A stretch of 64,000 nt of DNA, from IMG/VR virus record IMGVR_UViG_3300045988_067909, one strand, 5' to 3'. Each line of letters opens with the position of its first letter. The stretch's first letter is position 1. The notes below the pieces were generated by a model. The model was not told the origin of the DNA. It did not search any database and saw nothing but the letters and a program-made list of their open reading frames with translations. The DNA comes from a virus. The position numbers and the translations under genes are program-made. Shown here piece after piece: positions 28,070-38,505 of the stretch.

Positions 28070-29782
28070 ATGCTAAGACGACTAAGACAACGTAAAGCAT
28101 ACTTAGAAAGTAAGCGTAAACCTAGTGGGGTTATCATGGCTTATGCTTATGAGAAAGCCAGGAGAAATCCTACAGAGGAAAATTTGAAAATTGCAATCGA
28201 GAACCATTTAAACTTGGATGCTAACTTAGATGAATCAGTGGCTAAGTCTATTGGTTTATATCTTGATGCATTAGAGATTAATAACCCTGTACATGTAAAG
28301 AAATACTTTGGCCGAGTATTAGAAGGTGTACGTCGAGTACAAGATCCTGAACGTATCCGTAGAATTATGAAGAATATTCTTGCTAACCGTACAGATGCAA
28401 TCAATGAAAGTACTGAACTTACTAAGCATCAAAAAGATGCTTATATCCATGCTGTAGAAAAGATTCTTAATGAGGCTAATGCTCTATGTACTTATGACCG
28501 AGTTATTAAGAATCATACAATGATTAATAAACGTTTCAATACAGATAAGCTTATCTCTGAGAATGTATTCAATGAAGTACAATCTAAAGTATATGCTATT
28601 AAATTTGCTGAGTTGATTGATACTTACAAACTTCCTATCGAAGATAAGTATAAGATCACTCTAGAAAACTATTTCTATCTATTAGATAAGTATAACTGTG
28701 ATTATGATAGATATGCTGTACTAGAAGCTATTACTGGATACTTCTTCGTTAGAGATACTGATAATGTATTACAAGAAAGCTTTAGAAAGATTATCAAGCA
28801 TTCTTCCGTAGTTACTGAAGCTACTGAAGAAGATACTAATCATATCGATAAGGACTTCTATGATGACGGTGGTAATGAGTTACTCCGTAGTAATATTATC
28901 CGTACTTGGAGAGCATTAAAACTGGATAGTGATACTGGTTTCAAATATAAAGAGTTTATCATTAACTCTACTAAGCCAGAAGAGCTCGCTATGATTCTAT
29001 CCAAGAGCCTAGTTCTATCTGACTATATTCGTAAAGAAATCTTTGATTTGGTTGTAACTAAAATATCTTCTCTCCAAGAGGGTTATGATTACAATCAATT
29101 AGTAGCTATCTTCCGAGGATATGTAGAAGAACTAGAACGCCGTGATATGAAAGAATATCTTTACGTATTAGGTGAACTATACTATGCTTTGGAATGCGAT
29201 ATCAAAGGTATCTTTACTACACCTAGTAAGGCTAATCTAGATACTGCAGAAAAAGTACATATGGAAATGAGTTTCTTAGATACAGTTAAAGCTATTGGTG
29301 TAAAACTAGATAAGAAACTTACTGAGTTATCTGATAATGAAAAGATGGCTAGTCGTACTTTTGATGCAGCTATTAAGAACTTAATGTCTGCTGTAACTAA
29401 AGATACAGAAGATAATGCTAGGGAAGAAGTTATTGCTGATAAGTTTATCCCTAAAGCTTCTACTATTATTAAGCTTGCTATCACTACTGGTGTACTATAT
29501 ATGGTAGCACCAACGTTATCTGTAATTGGTTTATTCGGATGGTGGGTAACTAGACGTCAAGCATCTGCTGATGAACGTAGAAAACTTATGGATGAATTAG
29601 AAATCGAAATCAATATGTGTAACCGTTATCTTAAAGATGCCGAAGAAAAGAACCAATTAGAAAAGATTCGTAATCTTATGAAGATTAAACAAAAACTTAT
29701 CCGTGAAAAAGAAAAGCTTGGATATACTATGGTAGTTAAACATGGTGAAGCTATTAGTAAATCTAAAGACGAGGATGATTAA
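28070..29782 (+). CDS. Hypothetical protein with C-terminal transmembrane segment and coiled coil (570 aa)
   Basis: Hydrophobic 'IIKLAITTGVLYMVAPTLSVIGLFGWWV'. The start could instead be the ATG at 28136. Confidence 0.55.
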   Translation: MLRRLRQRKAYLESKRKPSGVIMAYAYEKARRNPTEENLKIAIENHLNLDANLDESVAKSIGLYLDALEINNPVHVKKYFGRVLEGVRRVQDPERIRRIMKNILANRTDAINESTELTKHQKDAYIHAVEKILNEANALCTYDRVIKNHTMINKRFNTDKLISENVFNEVQSKVYAIKFAELIDTYKLPIEDKYKITLENYFYLLDKYNCDYDRYAVLEAITGYFFVRDTDNVLQESFRKIIKHSSVVTEATEEDTNHIDKDFYDDGGNELLRSNIIRTWRALKLDSDTGFKYKEFIINSTKPEELAMILSKSLVLSDYIRKEIFDLVVTKISSLQEGYDYNQLVAIFRGYVEELERRDMKEYLYVLGELYYALECDIKGIFTTPSKANLDTAEKVHMEMSFLDTVKAIGVKLDKKLTELSDNEKMASRTFDAAIKNLMSAVTKDTEDNAREEVIADKFIPKASTIIKLAITTGVLYMVAPTLSVIGLFGWWVTRRQASADERRKLMDELEIEINMCNRYLKDAEEKNQLEKIRNLMKIKQKLIREKEKLGYTMVVKHGEAISKSKDEDD

Positions 29783-29784
29783 TA

Positions 29785-30447
29785 ATGAGCTTGTTAAAAT
29801 CAGAGATAGATCATCCATTATTTTTTAGTGATGATGATATATATGTAAACTTTGATAGATTTGACCGTGGCAAAGGATTCAACGTGTGTTTTATACTAGG
29901 CTATCCAGCATCTGGTAAGACAACACTATCATTTGAATTAGCTAAAAAGCATAATGCTGAATTATTGAATTTGGACGCTATAATCTATCCACAAAGTATT
30001 GATTGGTTAGTCGACTATTGTAAGAAGCACTATAAAACTTTTTATGAGTTTATTAATAAGAACCCTAAATACCTAAAGTTCATTTATACATGGGCAAGAG
30101 TATTTGCTGATGGGGAGAACCCTATGACCCCTGAAAAGAAGCAGCTTACTATTGAGCGTAGAAGATGGATTATTAAGATAATAGAATTTTGTATTTCTAA
30201 ATCACATAAGATAGTCATAGAGGGTGTAGATTTGTATCCTATATTTACAATACATCCAGAATTATGTGAATATCCTATAATTATTAAGGGTACTAGTAAA
30301 CTTACATCAATGCTCCGATATGTGAAACGAGACCTTGAATCTGGAGTAGGGGTACGAAATGTATTAGATCTAATAGAGATGTATGGGCAACAGTCAACCA
30401 AGTTAAATGATTTTAGAATAAATATGAGAGTTTTTATGAAAGGATAA
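29785..30447 (+). CDS. P-loop NTPase/kinase-like protein
   Basis: Walker A 'GYPASGKTT' near the N-terminus. 220 aa, the size of a (d)NMP-kinase-like protein. Confidence 0.5.
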   Translation: MSLLKSEIDHPLFFSDDDIYVNFDRFDRGKGFNVCFILGYPASGKTTLSFELAKKHNAELLNLDAIIYPQSIDWLVDYCKKHYKTFYEFINKNPKYLKFIYTWARVFADGENPMTPEKKQLTIERRRWIIKIIEFCISKSHKIVIEGVDLYPIFTIHPELCEYPIIIKGTSKLTSMLRYVKRDLESGVGVRNVLDLIEMYGQQSTKLNDFRINMRVFMKG

Positions 30448-30450
30448 TAT

Positions 30451-31491
30451 ATGGGATTCCTTGACGAACTAACTAATTCTATTATCCTTGAAGCAGAGGA
30501 TAATAAGAAGAAAAAAGATACCCCTGCTGAAGATGATGATACAATGGAACCAGATGTTCCTGAAGATGGAGATGAAGTTCCAGAAGATGATGACACTAAA
30601 GAAGAACCACCAGCAGATGATACAGCTGATGACGACACCGATGATGACGTTGAACCTGATGACGGGGACGATGAAGTTCCTACTGATGACGATGATACTG
30701 ATACCGGTGATGATGGTACAGATGGTGGGGATACTGCAGATGATACACCAGAAGATGATGGAGTAGAACCTGACGAAGGTGATGATATTCCAGCTGATGA
30801 TGACGGTGGGGATATTGCAGATAGAGCTGCTGATGGTGGAGATGATACTGGTGATGATATTGAACCTGATACTACCGAAGACGGTGAAGATGTACCATCC
30901 GAAGATGGAGATGATGCTCCAGACGCTGGTACTGACGACACTGGTGATGACACAGGTGATGGTGATGATATCGAACCAGATACTGGTGAAGATGGAGATG
31001 AAATTCCATCTGAAGATGGTGACGATGTACCTGATGCTGGAGGAGATGACGGTGGAGACACTGATGACTCTGGAGATGGTACAGGTGATACTGGTACTGA
31101 TGATGGTAGTACTGGTGGAGACCCTAAACTAGATACTGATATCAAAGCCATTGAAGATAACCTTTTCAACAATCTAAAACCAGAACAGAAAAATATAGCA
31201 ATAAAAGAACTTAAGACTAGATGGATGGATTTGTATGATCAAATCAATCGATTTATTACTAAGATCGATTATATTGCTAAGACCCCAGACAATATCAATA
31301 TAGTACTACGTGTGACTAAACTTACGCAACAATTACGTGATACAGTTGAACACTATATCATTAATACGTTTAGCACTAAGTCCTATATTGAGAATAAGTC
31401 TGAGCTATTTTACTCGCTGCTTATATTAGATAGACTTGTCAAACTACTTGCCACTACAGTTAAAGAAGACGATACAGAAAAAACTGAGTGA
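30451..31491 (+). CDS. Extremely acidic repeat protein (Asp/Glu/Gly/Thr/Pro repeats) with helical C-terminal domain
   Basis: About 230 residues of D/E-rich tandem repeats. AAAGGA SD. Confidence 0.6.
   Translation: MGFLDELTNSIILEAEDNKKKKDTPAEDDDTMEPDVPEDGDEVPEDDDTKEEPPADDTADDDTDDDVEPDDGDDEVPTDDDDTDTGDDGTDGGDTADDTPEDDGVEPDEGDDIPADDDGGDIADRAADGGDDTGDDIEPDTTEDGEDVPSEDGDDAPDAGTDDTGDDTGDGDDIEPDTGEDGDEIPSEDGDDVPDAGGDDGGDTDDSGDGTGDTGTDDGSTGGDPKLDTDIKAIEDNLFNNLKPEQKNIAIKELKTRWMDLYDQINRFITKIDYIAKTPDNINIVLRVTKLTQQLRDTVEHYIINTFSTKSYIENKSELFYSLLILDRLVKLLATTVKEDDTEKTE
30850..31071 (+). repeat. Two tandem 111-bp (37-aa) repeats inside the acidic-protein gene; degenerate copies run upstream from ~30540
   Basis: 'ggtgatgatat(t/c)gaacc(t/a)gatact..gaagatgg.gatga...cc.ga.gctgg' is repeated in phase. 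Confidence 0.6.
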
Positions 31492-31588
31492 CCAGTCTGC
31501 CCTGTTTAGCTAATATAACAATATATTAAAATGCGCTAATTTGAGCATTAATGTTTAAATTAAACTATCCTGAAAGGAGACTACAAAT

Positions 31589-33679
31589 ATGCCAGTTGTA
31601 GGTAATCAATCTAGCGATGTTGTATCCAGCCGTTCTTTCCATAAAGGTGCTGAATACGAATTCGCTAATGCCATTGTAGAAATGGCGGAAAATATCGCAA
31701 GCGAAACACAAACAGACTTCTTTACTGAGTCTGCTCGTTTAATGCGTAATAAGGACGCTGCTCGTGCCCTTAAAAACTTCTTCGTAAATGAATCTGCTGA
31801 TGCAGACGAATTTGCTGACAATCCAGCAGGTCTTCGTGACCACGAAATGATGATGGAACAACTTTTCGAAAATGACCGTCAAGGTATCTTGGAATATGCT
31901 TCCATCGGTTCTTACAACCCTGTAATGGGTCTTGTGTTACCTTTACACAAAAATATGATGATGAATAACGTTTTCGATAAAGGCGTTATTCCTAAAGCTG
32001 TAGCTAAAACTCCTAAGTTCACTTTGAGCATGGAAGTGCGCAAAATGATCGGTGTTGATGGTACTGAAATCGATATGTTCACAGAACAAAATCGTATTTT
32101 CGAATTGATGGAATCTTCTGCTCCTACACGTCGTGTATTCGTAGAAGTTAACCCAACTAAACCTATCATCCCTGGTGGTGCTGACGAAAAAGCTATGCGT
32201 GAATCCTTGAACTTGGCTCTTTATGGTGCTAAAGATGGTTTCAACAAAGCTTATGATGCATACTCCATTACTACAGCTATCACTGGTATCGTAATCGACG
32301 GTACTAACGCTCATGATGGCGATGCTATCGTAGTTGACTCCAAAGCTGTAAATGCTGCTGGTGAAACTTACAAAACTGTAGGCGTTAAAACTGCAACTAA
32401 TACTGGTGACTTGGTTATTGCTATTAGCCCTCGTCGTTTCGAACCTGGCTATGGTGAATTAGATCGTCAAATCACTACTAAATTCAACTTTGTAAAACCT
32501 GGTACTACAGACGTAGTTGAAGGTTACATCACTGGTTACACTAAAAACAATCAATTCATGATTTCCTGTGTTGGTTCTGCTGACATCAAAGGTGTAATCA
32601 TCGATTCCAAACGTGACACTTCCAACGCTATGATCGATACTCCATCCGTACGTTGGGATGCTGTAACTCAAATCGTAGAAATCCCTAATGCTAACCCTAT
32701 CAACGTTCCTATTTCTCCTGAAGAAGTAAAAGACGTTCAAGCATTATACAACGTTGACCAATTGTCCAAAACTCTTGGCTTGATCAAAGATGTATTGGGT
32801 AACTACAAAGATGACAAAATCCGTAAAGAATTGGACTTGTCTTTCAAAACTATGCCTGCAGCTAACAAACTTGCAGCTACATTCGACTTCTGCCCACCAG
32901 ACACTTATAACATGGATCCAGTAAACTGGAGACGTACAATGTTCATGGACCAATTAGATATGTATGTAACTACATTGCTCCAAGTATTGAACGATCCTAA
33001 CGTAACTGTTTCCGTTATCGGTGCTCCTGCATTGATTCGTCGTATTACTCCAGTAGAATACACTTACCAATCCCCATCCAGCATTGGTCCTGTAGAATTG
33101 GATTACAAACGTACAGTTGTAACTTCCGACAAACGTGTTTACAACTTCGTTTCTTCCGATAAACTTCGTAACGATTCCAACTTGATCATCGTATTGAACC
33201 CTCGTAACACTGACCGTGTTATCTACACTATTTACGATTATCAATTGTACTTATCCAACGAAATCCGTAACAAACAAAACTACGCTCTCCCAGCTGTACA
33301 TGCGTTTGAACGTTTCCACTTCTTCTCCTATCAACCAGTACAAGGTCGTCTTCGTATCTTGAACGCTTCCGGTCTTCGTGATACAGTTCAAAATACTAAA
33401 CCTGTAACTAAAGATTACAACGAACGTTACGACATGAACGATCATGGTTTCTATGATTCCATCCGTCATGACGGCACTAAAGTTGTATCCCCAACTGGTT
33501 ACCCTTATCCTGTAAAATATGACTTAGCTTCCAACCCTCATTCCTACTCTGTAGAAGCTGAATTGACTCCAGCAGCTCAAGCAGCTAAAGCAGAATTGGA
33601 TGCTATGCGTGCAGCAGGTGTAACTTCTAAAGTTGAACCATTCGAATTGGATCGTGTAGTTCGTGAAACTGAAAAATAA
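31589..33679 (+). CDS. Probable major capsid protein (696 aa)
   Basis: The most codon-optimised gene in the window (cgt/gaa/tcc/gct). Size matches phiKZ-like MCPs. Has its own SD and a downstream terminator. There is no direct motif proof. Confidence 0.5.
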   Translation: MPVVGNQSSDVVSSRSFHKGAEYEFANAIVEMAENIASETQTDFFTESARLMRNKDAARALKNFFVNESADADEFADNPAGLRDHEMMMEQLFENDRQGILEYASIGSYNPVMGLVLPLHKNMMMNNVFDKGVIPKAVAKTPKFTLSMEVRKMIGVDGTEIDMFTEQNRIFELMESSAPTRRVFVEVNPTKPIIPGGADEKAMRESLNLALYGAKDGFNKAYDAYSITTAITGIVIDGTNAHDGDAIVVDSKAVNAAGETYKTVGVKTATNTGDLVIAISPRRFEPGYGELDRQITTKFNFVKPGTTDVVEGYITGYTKNNQFMISCVGSADIKGVIIDSKRDTSNAMIDTPSVRWDAVTQIVEIPNANPINVPISPEEVKDVQALYNVDQLSKTLGLIKDVLGNYKDDKIRKELDLSFKTMPAANKLAATFDFCPPDTYNMDPVNWRRTMFMDQLDMYVTTLLQVLNDPNVTVSVIGAPALIRRITPVEYTYQSPSSIGPVELDYKRTVVTSDKRVYNFVSSDKLRNDSNLIIVLNPRNTDRVIYTIYDYQLYLSNEIRNKQNYALPAVHAFERFHFFSYQPVQGRLRILNASGLRDTVQNTKPVTKDYNERYDMNDHGFYDSIRHDGTKVVSPTGYPYPVKYDLASNPHSYSVEAELTPAAQAAKAELDAMRAAGVTSKVEPFELDRVVRETEK

Positions 33680-33750
33680 TTGCCACATTCAGTAATACTA
33701 TGCTGATGGTGAATTAGTATAGCATTCGTGGTTTATTTGTAAAAGAGCAG

Positions 33751-33775
33751 GCCTATAGACTGAGAGTCTATAGGC
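33751..33775 (+). terminator. Terminator 'gcctatagact-gag-agtctataggc'
   Basis: 11-bp stem followed by 'tcactctttgttttc'. Confidence 0.55.
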
Positions 33776-33804
33776 TCACTCTTTGTTTTCACAAGGGGAT
33801 AAGA

Positions 33805-34965
33805 ATGGATAAAGCAAAAACAAATTATGATTTTAATGATCTCTTAACTATAATTGATTCGTTAAAACAAGATGCTGATCCTGATGTCCTTCGAAACTTT
33901 GCATATGAATTAAACATGTTCTTCAGAGATGTCAAATGTGAGGGTGTCTTATACACTAATAACACAGACTTAGACTTCTTTGGTGTATACGTACAACCAG
34001 TCTTAAAAGAAAAGGATGTATATCCTTTACTTATATCTGATTATACTACTACTATTGAGAAGTACTATGTAGAACTGGACTCTAAACTATTTAATCCATT
34101 GCTAGGTTTGACTAATAGAGAGATCCTCGCTATTATTCTACATGATATAGGTTCAATGATTAACTCATCTGGTCCAATAGACCGTGCTGTAAAAGAGATT
34201 GATTTATATCTTGACACTACAAATGATGTACTACGTACTACAGACAATGTAAACTATGTAGCTATTCTTACATTTGGATTGAAAGATTTATTACATAAAT
34301 TAACCTCAATCTTCACGGCGGACTTGACTAGCAACGTTGCTATTGATGACTTTATTATGTCTTGTGGGTTCATTAACGAACTTAATAGTGCTATTAGTAA
34401 ACTCAAAAAGTTTGGCTACTTAAACATGTTCTCCGAAGGTGGTTCTCCTTCTGCGATTATTGCATGGACAATCCGGATCTACAATGATATCAAAGGTCAA
34501 CGTATCCGTACTATACGTTTACTACGTAAAGCTGCTTCTTACACTCCAGTACGTTTAGTTAAACGTGAAATGAATCATATGATTACTGCGTTATCTAGAA
34601 TTGATGATTCTTCTATCTTAGAATCTGTATTTGACGACGTTAAAATGAAATACCAAAGTATGACCAAGAAATTCACAATGTCTTCTATTAAAGACATTGA
34701 GGAAGACTATTATGATTATGCTGTCACTCTTCAAAACGTTAATGACGAGGACGATGCTCTATTACTCTTGCATAGAATTAATAGTCGTATGAGCGTTATC
34801 GATGGTATTCTTAATGACGATAATCCTCAAATCTCTGACAGAGAACGTAAAGCATTCGCTGATTTATATGAACGATATAACAAATTGCGTAATGACGTTG
34901 TAGCTAAGAAAGTATATAAACGTAACTATCGACGTATTTATGTAAACTACGGCGAAGATGACTAA
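33805..34965 (+). CDS. Hypothetical protein (386 aa)
   Basis: 'caaggggataagaATG'. Confidence 0.55.
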   Translation: MDKAKTNYDFNDLLTIIDSLKQDADPDVLRNFAYELNMFFRDVKCEGVLYTNNTDLDFFGVYVQPVLKEKDVYPLLISDYTTTIEKYYVELDSKLFNPLLGLTNREILAIILHDIGSMINSSGPIDRAVKEIDLYLDTTNDVLRTTDNVNYVAILTFGLKDLLHKLTSIFTADLTSNVAIDDFIMSCGFINELNSAISKLKKFGYLNMFSEGGSPSAIIAWTIRIYNDIKGQRIRTIRLLRKAASYTPVRLVKREMNHMITALSRIDDSSILESVFDDVKMKYQSMTKKFTMSSIKDIEEDYYDYAVTLQNVNDEDDALLLLHRINSRMSVIDGILNDDNPQISDRERKAFADLYERYNKLRNDVVAKKVYKRNYRRIYVNYGEDD

Positions 34966-34979
34966 TAACAAAACAGGTT

Positions 34980-35006
34980 CTACCATAGAGCAATGCTCTA
35001 TGGTAG
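34980..35006 (+). terminator. Terminator 'ctaccatagag-caatg-ctctatggtag' plus 'cctatttttatc'
   Basis: CAATG loop-family hairpin. Confidence 0.6.
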
Positions 35007-35094
35007 CCTATTTTTATCTAAGTAGGAAATTATAACTAGTATAACACATTCGTAATCAAAATTAAGTTAGATTTTCTATAGGAGGAAACTTAAA

Positions 35095-35850
35095 ATGGCT
35101 CTAGGACAATCATTATTTAACACACGTAAAGCTGGTAATGGTAGCAACAATCGTTCTGTAAACGTATACTGTGGTTATCGTTTCCGTATGCCAGATGGTA
35201 ACAAGGATAAAGCGCCTACTGGTATTGATATTTCTTATTGGAATAATATGCTTAAACTTACTATTGCTCATTTAGTTAAGTCTAATGGTAACAATGGTGA
35301 GTACTATACAATGGACCGTGATAACCGTGCTGATGCATTCTTGACACCAGTTAAAGCACGTATCTTAGCTAATGAAATTCGTAAGTTCATTGATGCTGAT
35401 GGTGCTATTAAATCTGCTGGTGTAACTACAGGTAAAACACTTGTAACTGTATCCACTGGTGAAGAATTTGAAGTGGCTAAAGCAGACTTCCCATGCATTA
35501 CAATTCGTAAGTTCTCTGATGATGCATCTAAAATTGAAATGGAAATCTTCTATGAAATTAACGCTGATTACTATTTCGGTGTACACAACTTCAATCGTGA
35601 TGATATGGATGGTGAACATAACACAGATGATTACAAATACATTGAATTAGAAAACTTGATTACTATCTTGGAAGACTTCTATAATGGCATGGCTTATGGT
35701 AGTGCTTATGCATCTGCTCGTGCAGTATATGACTATTCCCCAGTTGGTAAATTATTGAATGATTTATCTGGTGATGGTAATAGTTCTTCTGGTTCTAATA
35801 CTATGAATAACTCTGGTGGGTTCTCTAACGGCTCTTTAGATGACTTATAA
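35095..35850 (+). CDS. Abundant hypothetical protein (251 aa)
   Basis: AGGAGG SD and strong codon bias. Confidence 0.6.
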   Translation: MALGQSLFNTRKAGNGSNNRSVNVYCGYRFRMPDGNKDKAPTGIDISYWNNMLKLTIAHLVKSNGNNGEYYTMDRDNRADAFLTPVKARILANEIRKFIDADGAIKSAGVTTGKTLVTVSTGEEFEVAKADFPCITIRKFSDDASKIEMEIFYEINADYYFGVHNFNRDDMDGEHNTDDYKYIELENLITILEDFYNGMAYGSAYASARAVYDYSPVGKLLNDLSGDGNSSSGSNTMNNSGGFSNGSLDDL

Positions 35851-35864
35851 TAGATAGAAAAGAT

Positions 35865-35893
35865 ATAGGGAATGGTCTAAGACTATTCCCTAT
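35865..35893 (+). terminator. Weak terminator-like hairpin with G-U wobble 'atagggaatggtc-taa-gactattccctat'
   Basis: The stem needs one G-U pair. The T-tract is poor. Confidence 0.35.
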
Positions 35894-35912
35894 TATCCTA
35901 TGAGGTATTATT

Positions 35913-36557
35913 ATGTCTGAAATAAAAGCAATCTTTGAATTTGAGATGCTATTTGATTTGGATTATACATTAGCAACCCTAATACAAAGATATTATGGTA
36001 AATCTAAATACTTTGACACCGTATTAGAAGAAGACCCTATAAGTCTTAGATTGCTTCTTCTTACTAGAACAGAGAAGAATCCTATCTATATACTACTTAA
36101 ACCAGAATATAGAGATTCTGCTGATTCTTTATATGAAGAACTTAAAGAAGAGTTCTCTATGGAATTATATCTCAGACGTAATATATACTTTACAGAGTTC
36201 TATAAGTTCTTTTCTGTATTGATTAAGTCTGATGGTGCTGTAGCTGATATCGGGGTTATAGTTAATAATAAGAAAGAAGAAGCTATTGTAAGAGAACTAT
36301 CTCCATTGATTAGAGTATTTGATTCAAAAGAGATAGCTCGTAATGATTATGATGCTTTATATATAAAAGATAAAGATACAGTTGGACTTATAACCCCTAA
36401 AGTTGAAGGAAAGACTATATTTTTAGCTAATTATGGATTTAATCTAACCACCATAGGTGAAGAAGAAAGTCCTGACTTAGAATTTATGGAAGAGTATAGT
36501 GATGATAATGCAATATTTACAGTAGACCTATATTCTTCAGTGGTTAAACCTGTATAA
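35913..36557 (+). CDS. Hypothetical protein (214 aa)
   Basis: 'tgaggtattattATG'. Confidence 0.5.
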   Translation: MSEIKAIFEFEMLFDLDYTLATLIQRYYGKSKYFDTVLEEDPISLRLLLLTRTEKNPIYILLKPEYRDSADSLYEELKEEFSMELYLRRNIYFTEFYKFFSVLIKSDGAVADIGVIVNNKKEEAIVRELSPLIRVFDSKEIARNDYDALYIKDKDTVGLITPKVEGKTIFLANYGFNLTTIGEEESPDLEFMEEYSDDNAIFTVDLYSSVVKPV

Positions 36558-36574
36558 ATTAAGGAGGAAGAAAG

Positions 36575-38437
36575 ATGCAAATTCTTTCTAATATCGTATC
36601 TAAAGATAGTCTACACGAAACTAATCTTAAAACGTTAAAGATTATCCGTGATTCTATATTAACTTCTTTTGGTCCTTATGGTAGTGCTACTCAGATTATG
36701 CAAACTGACGCTACACCTAAGTTTACTAAAGATGGTAATACTATTCTTAAGAATATTAAATTCTTAGGTCAAATCGAAAGTAGTCTAGCAGACATTATGG
36801 TTGATTTGACTAATAACGTTGTCAAAGAAGTAGGTGATGGCACCACCTCTGCAACACTTCTTGCATACAACATTTACAAACGTTTTGTTACCAAAGAAGA
36901 ACCTAACTTCATGGCAACAAATGGAGCGGGAAATATCAAGATTTATGATGATGAGCTTAATAATGTACCACCAGTTATGATTGAACGTACATTCAAAGCT
37001 ATCGTAAAAGAGATTAATGAACTTATTGTATCTCGAGCTAAAGAAGCTACTCCTGATGATATGTATCGTATTGCTAAAATCTCTACTAATGGTGATGAAG
37101 ACTTATCTCTTATCATCGCTAATATCTACAAAGAGATGGGTAATGAAGTATTTATCACAGTTAAACACTCTTCTATCGATGAAGACTATACTCGCACATA
37201 TGACGGTATGACTATTAACACTGGTTATGGTGATAAAGTCTATGTAAATAACAAAGAAGGATTTGCTGAATTGAACCATCCACAAATCTACTTCTTTGAA
37301 GACCCTGTAGATACACCAGAAATGATTGGTTATGTACAAAATATTATCATGCGTAATATCATGGATCCAATCAAAGCTAATGATATTAAGGGTATGATTC
37401 CAACAGTAATTCTATGTCCTAGAACTACTCGTGATATTGATACTACTATGGATGCTGTAACTGAAGCTATCTATAAATATCGCTCCGCTGGTATTCAAAT
37501 CCCATTCTTATTTGTACCTAATATTACAGATAAGAATATGATTCTTGATTTAGCACGTCTATGTAATGCTACAACAATCAAGAAGTATGTAGACTTATCT
37601 ATTCAAGAAGAAGAACAAAAACAAGGTCTTGCACCAACTAATGAAACAGTACATGATTTCTTTGGTTGTGCTGATGCTGTAATCTCTGATTTCAGTAAAA
37701 CTAAGATTATCAATCCTTGTGAAATGTACAAACAAGGTACTACAGAATATAGTGACTTATATCAAGGTATGATTGATCATGCTGAACGTGAAGTTGCTGA
37801 AGCTAAACGTGATGGTCAAGATGTAAATACTCTTGGTACACTTAAGCGTAGACTTAACTCTCTTAAAGCTAATACATTAGACTTATATATTGGTGGGTCT
37901 ACTCAAGAAGAACGTGATAATCGTTTTGATGCTGCTGAAGATGCTGTATTGAACTGTATGTCTGCTGCTATCCATGGGTTCGGTTATGCATCTAACCTTG
38001 AAGGATTATTTGCAGCTGAAGATGTATATAAGAAATATGGTAATGCTTTTGATGAAAATCCTACATTAGAAGCGGTTATCTCTTCTATTATCTATAACTC
38101 TTACTTGGATCTTGTAGCATTGCTATATGGTACTAAACGTTCTGAAATTCATGAAAGTTATAGTGAATATGAATATCAAGGTATTGTACATCAAATGATG
38201 GTTGCAGCTCTAGGTGGTGAAGATAAACTATTACCTAGAATGCCTATTGATATCACTACAGGTGAACGTTCTGAAGACGTAGTTACTTCTATTCGTTCTG
38301 ACATTGCAGTATTGACTATCATTTCCAAATTGATGACTATTCTTATCACATGTAATCAGTTCTTAACTCCAGAGGCTTCGAATAATATGTATGACGCTAT
38401 ACGTGAAATTGAAAAGAAGAAATCTGAAGAAAAATAA
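36575..38437 (+). CDS. GroEL-like chaperonin (phage-encoded Hsp60 homolog)
   Basis: 'VGDGTTSATLLA' against GroEL 'AGDGTTTATVLA'. 'TSFGPYG' against 'TLGPKG'. 'FTKDGNTILKNI' against 'ITKDGVSVAREI'. 620 aa. Confidence 0.8.
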   Translation: MQILSNIVSKDSLHETNLKTLKIIRDSILTSFGPYGSATQIMQTDATPKFTKDGNTILKNIKFLGQIESSLADIMVDLTNNVVKEVGDGTTSATLLAYNIYKRFVTKEEPNFMATNGAGNIKIYDDELNNVPPVMIERTFKAIVKEINELIVSRAKEATPDDMYRIAKISTNGDEDLSLIIANIYKEMGNEVFITVKHSSIDEDYTRTYDGMTINTGYGDKVYVNNKEGFAELNHPQIYFFEDPVDTPEMIGYVQNIIMRNIMDPIKANDIKGMIPTVILCPRTTRDIDTTMDAVTEAIYKYRSAGIQIPFLFVPNITDKNMILDLARLCNATTIKKYVDLSIQEEEQKQGLAPTNETVHDFFGCADAVISDFSKTKIINPCEMYKQGTTEYSDLYQGMIDHAEREVAEAKRDGQDVNTLGTLKRRLNSLKANTLDLYIGGSTQEERDNRFDAAEDAVLNCMSAAIHGFGYASNLEGLFAAEDVYKKYGNAFDENPTLEAVISSIIYNSYLDLVALLYGTKRSEIHESYSEYEYQGIVHQMMVAALGGEDKLLPRMPIDITTGERSEDVVTSIRSDIAVLTIISKLMTILITCNQFLTPEASNNMYDAIREIEKKKSEEK

Positions 38438-38454
38438 ATAACGAACAGCTATCA

Positions 38455-38479
38455 AGGTTAGGGTCACTGACTCTAACCT
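38455..38479 (+). terminator. Hairpin 'aggttagggtc-act-gactctaacct' with one G-U pair and no T-tract
   Basis: Attenuator-like hairpin rather than a clear terminator. Confidence 0.3.
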
Positions 38480-38505
38480 ACGGTAGTTTATGATGGAGAA
38501 TTATT

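Noticed and set aside
30084-31172. 362-aa Ser/Pro-rich ORF on the minus strand
   Set aside because: It is the mirror image of the acidic GAT/GAA repeat gene on the plus strand (antisense reads as Ser/Pro). It has no SD. The plus-strand gene has an SD and fits the operon.
31606-33469. Several 70-120-aa minus-strand ORFs inside 31589..33679
   Set aside because: They are antisense to the most codon-optimised gene in the window. They have no SD and low-complexity composition.
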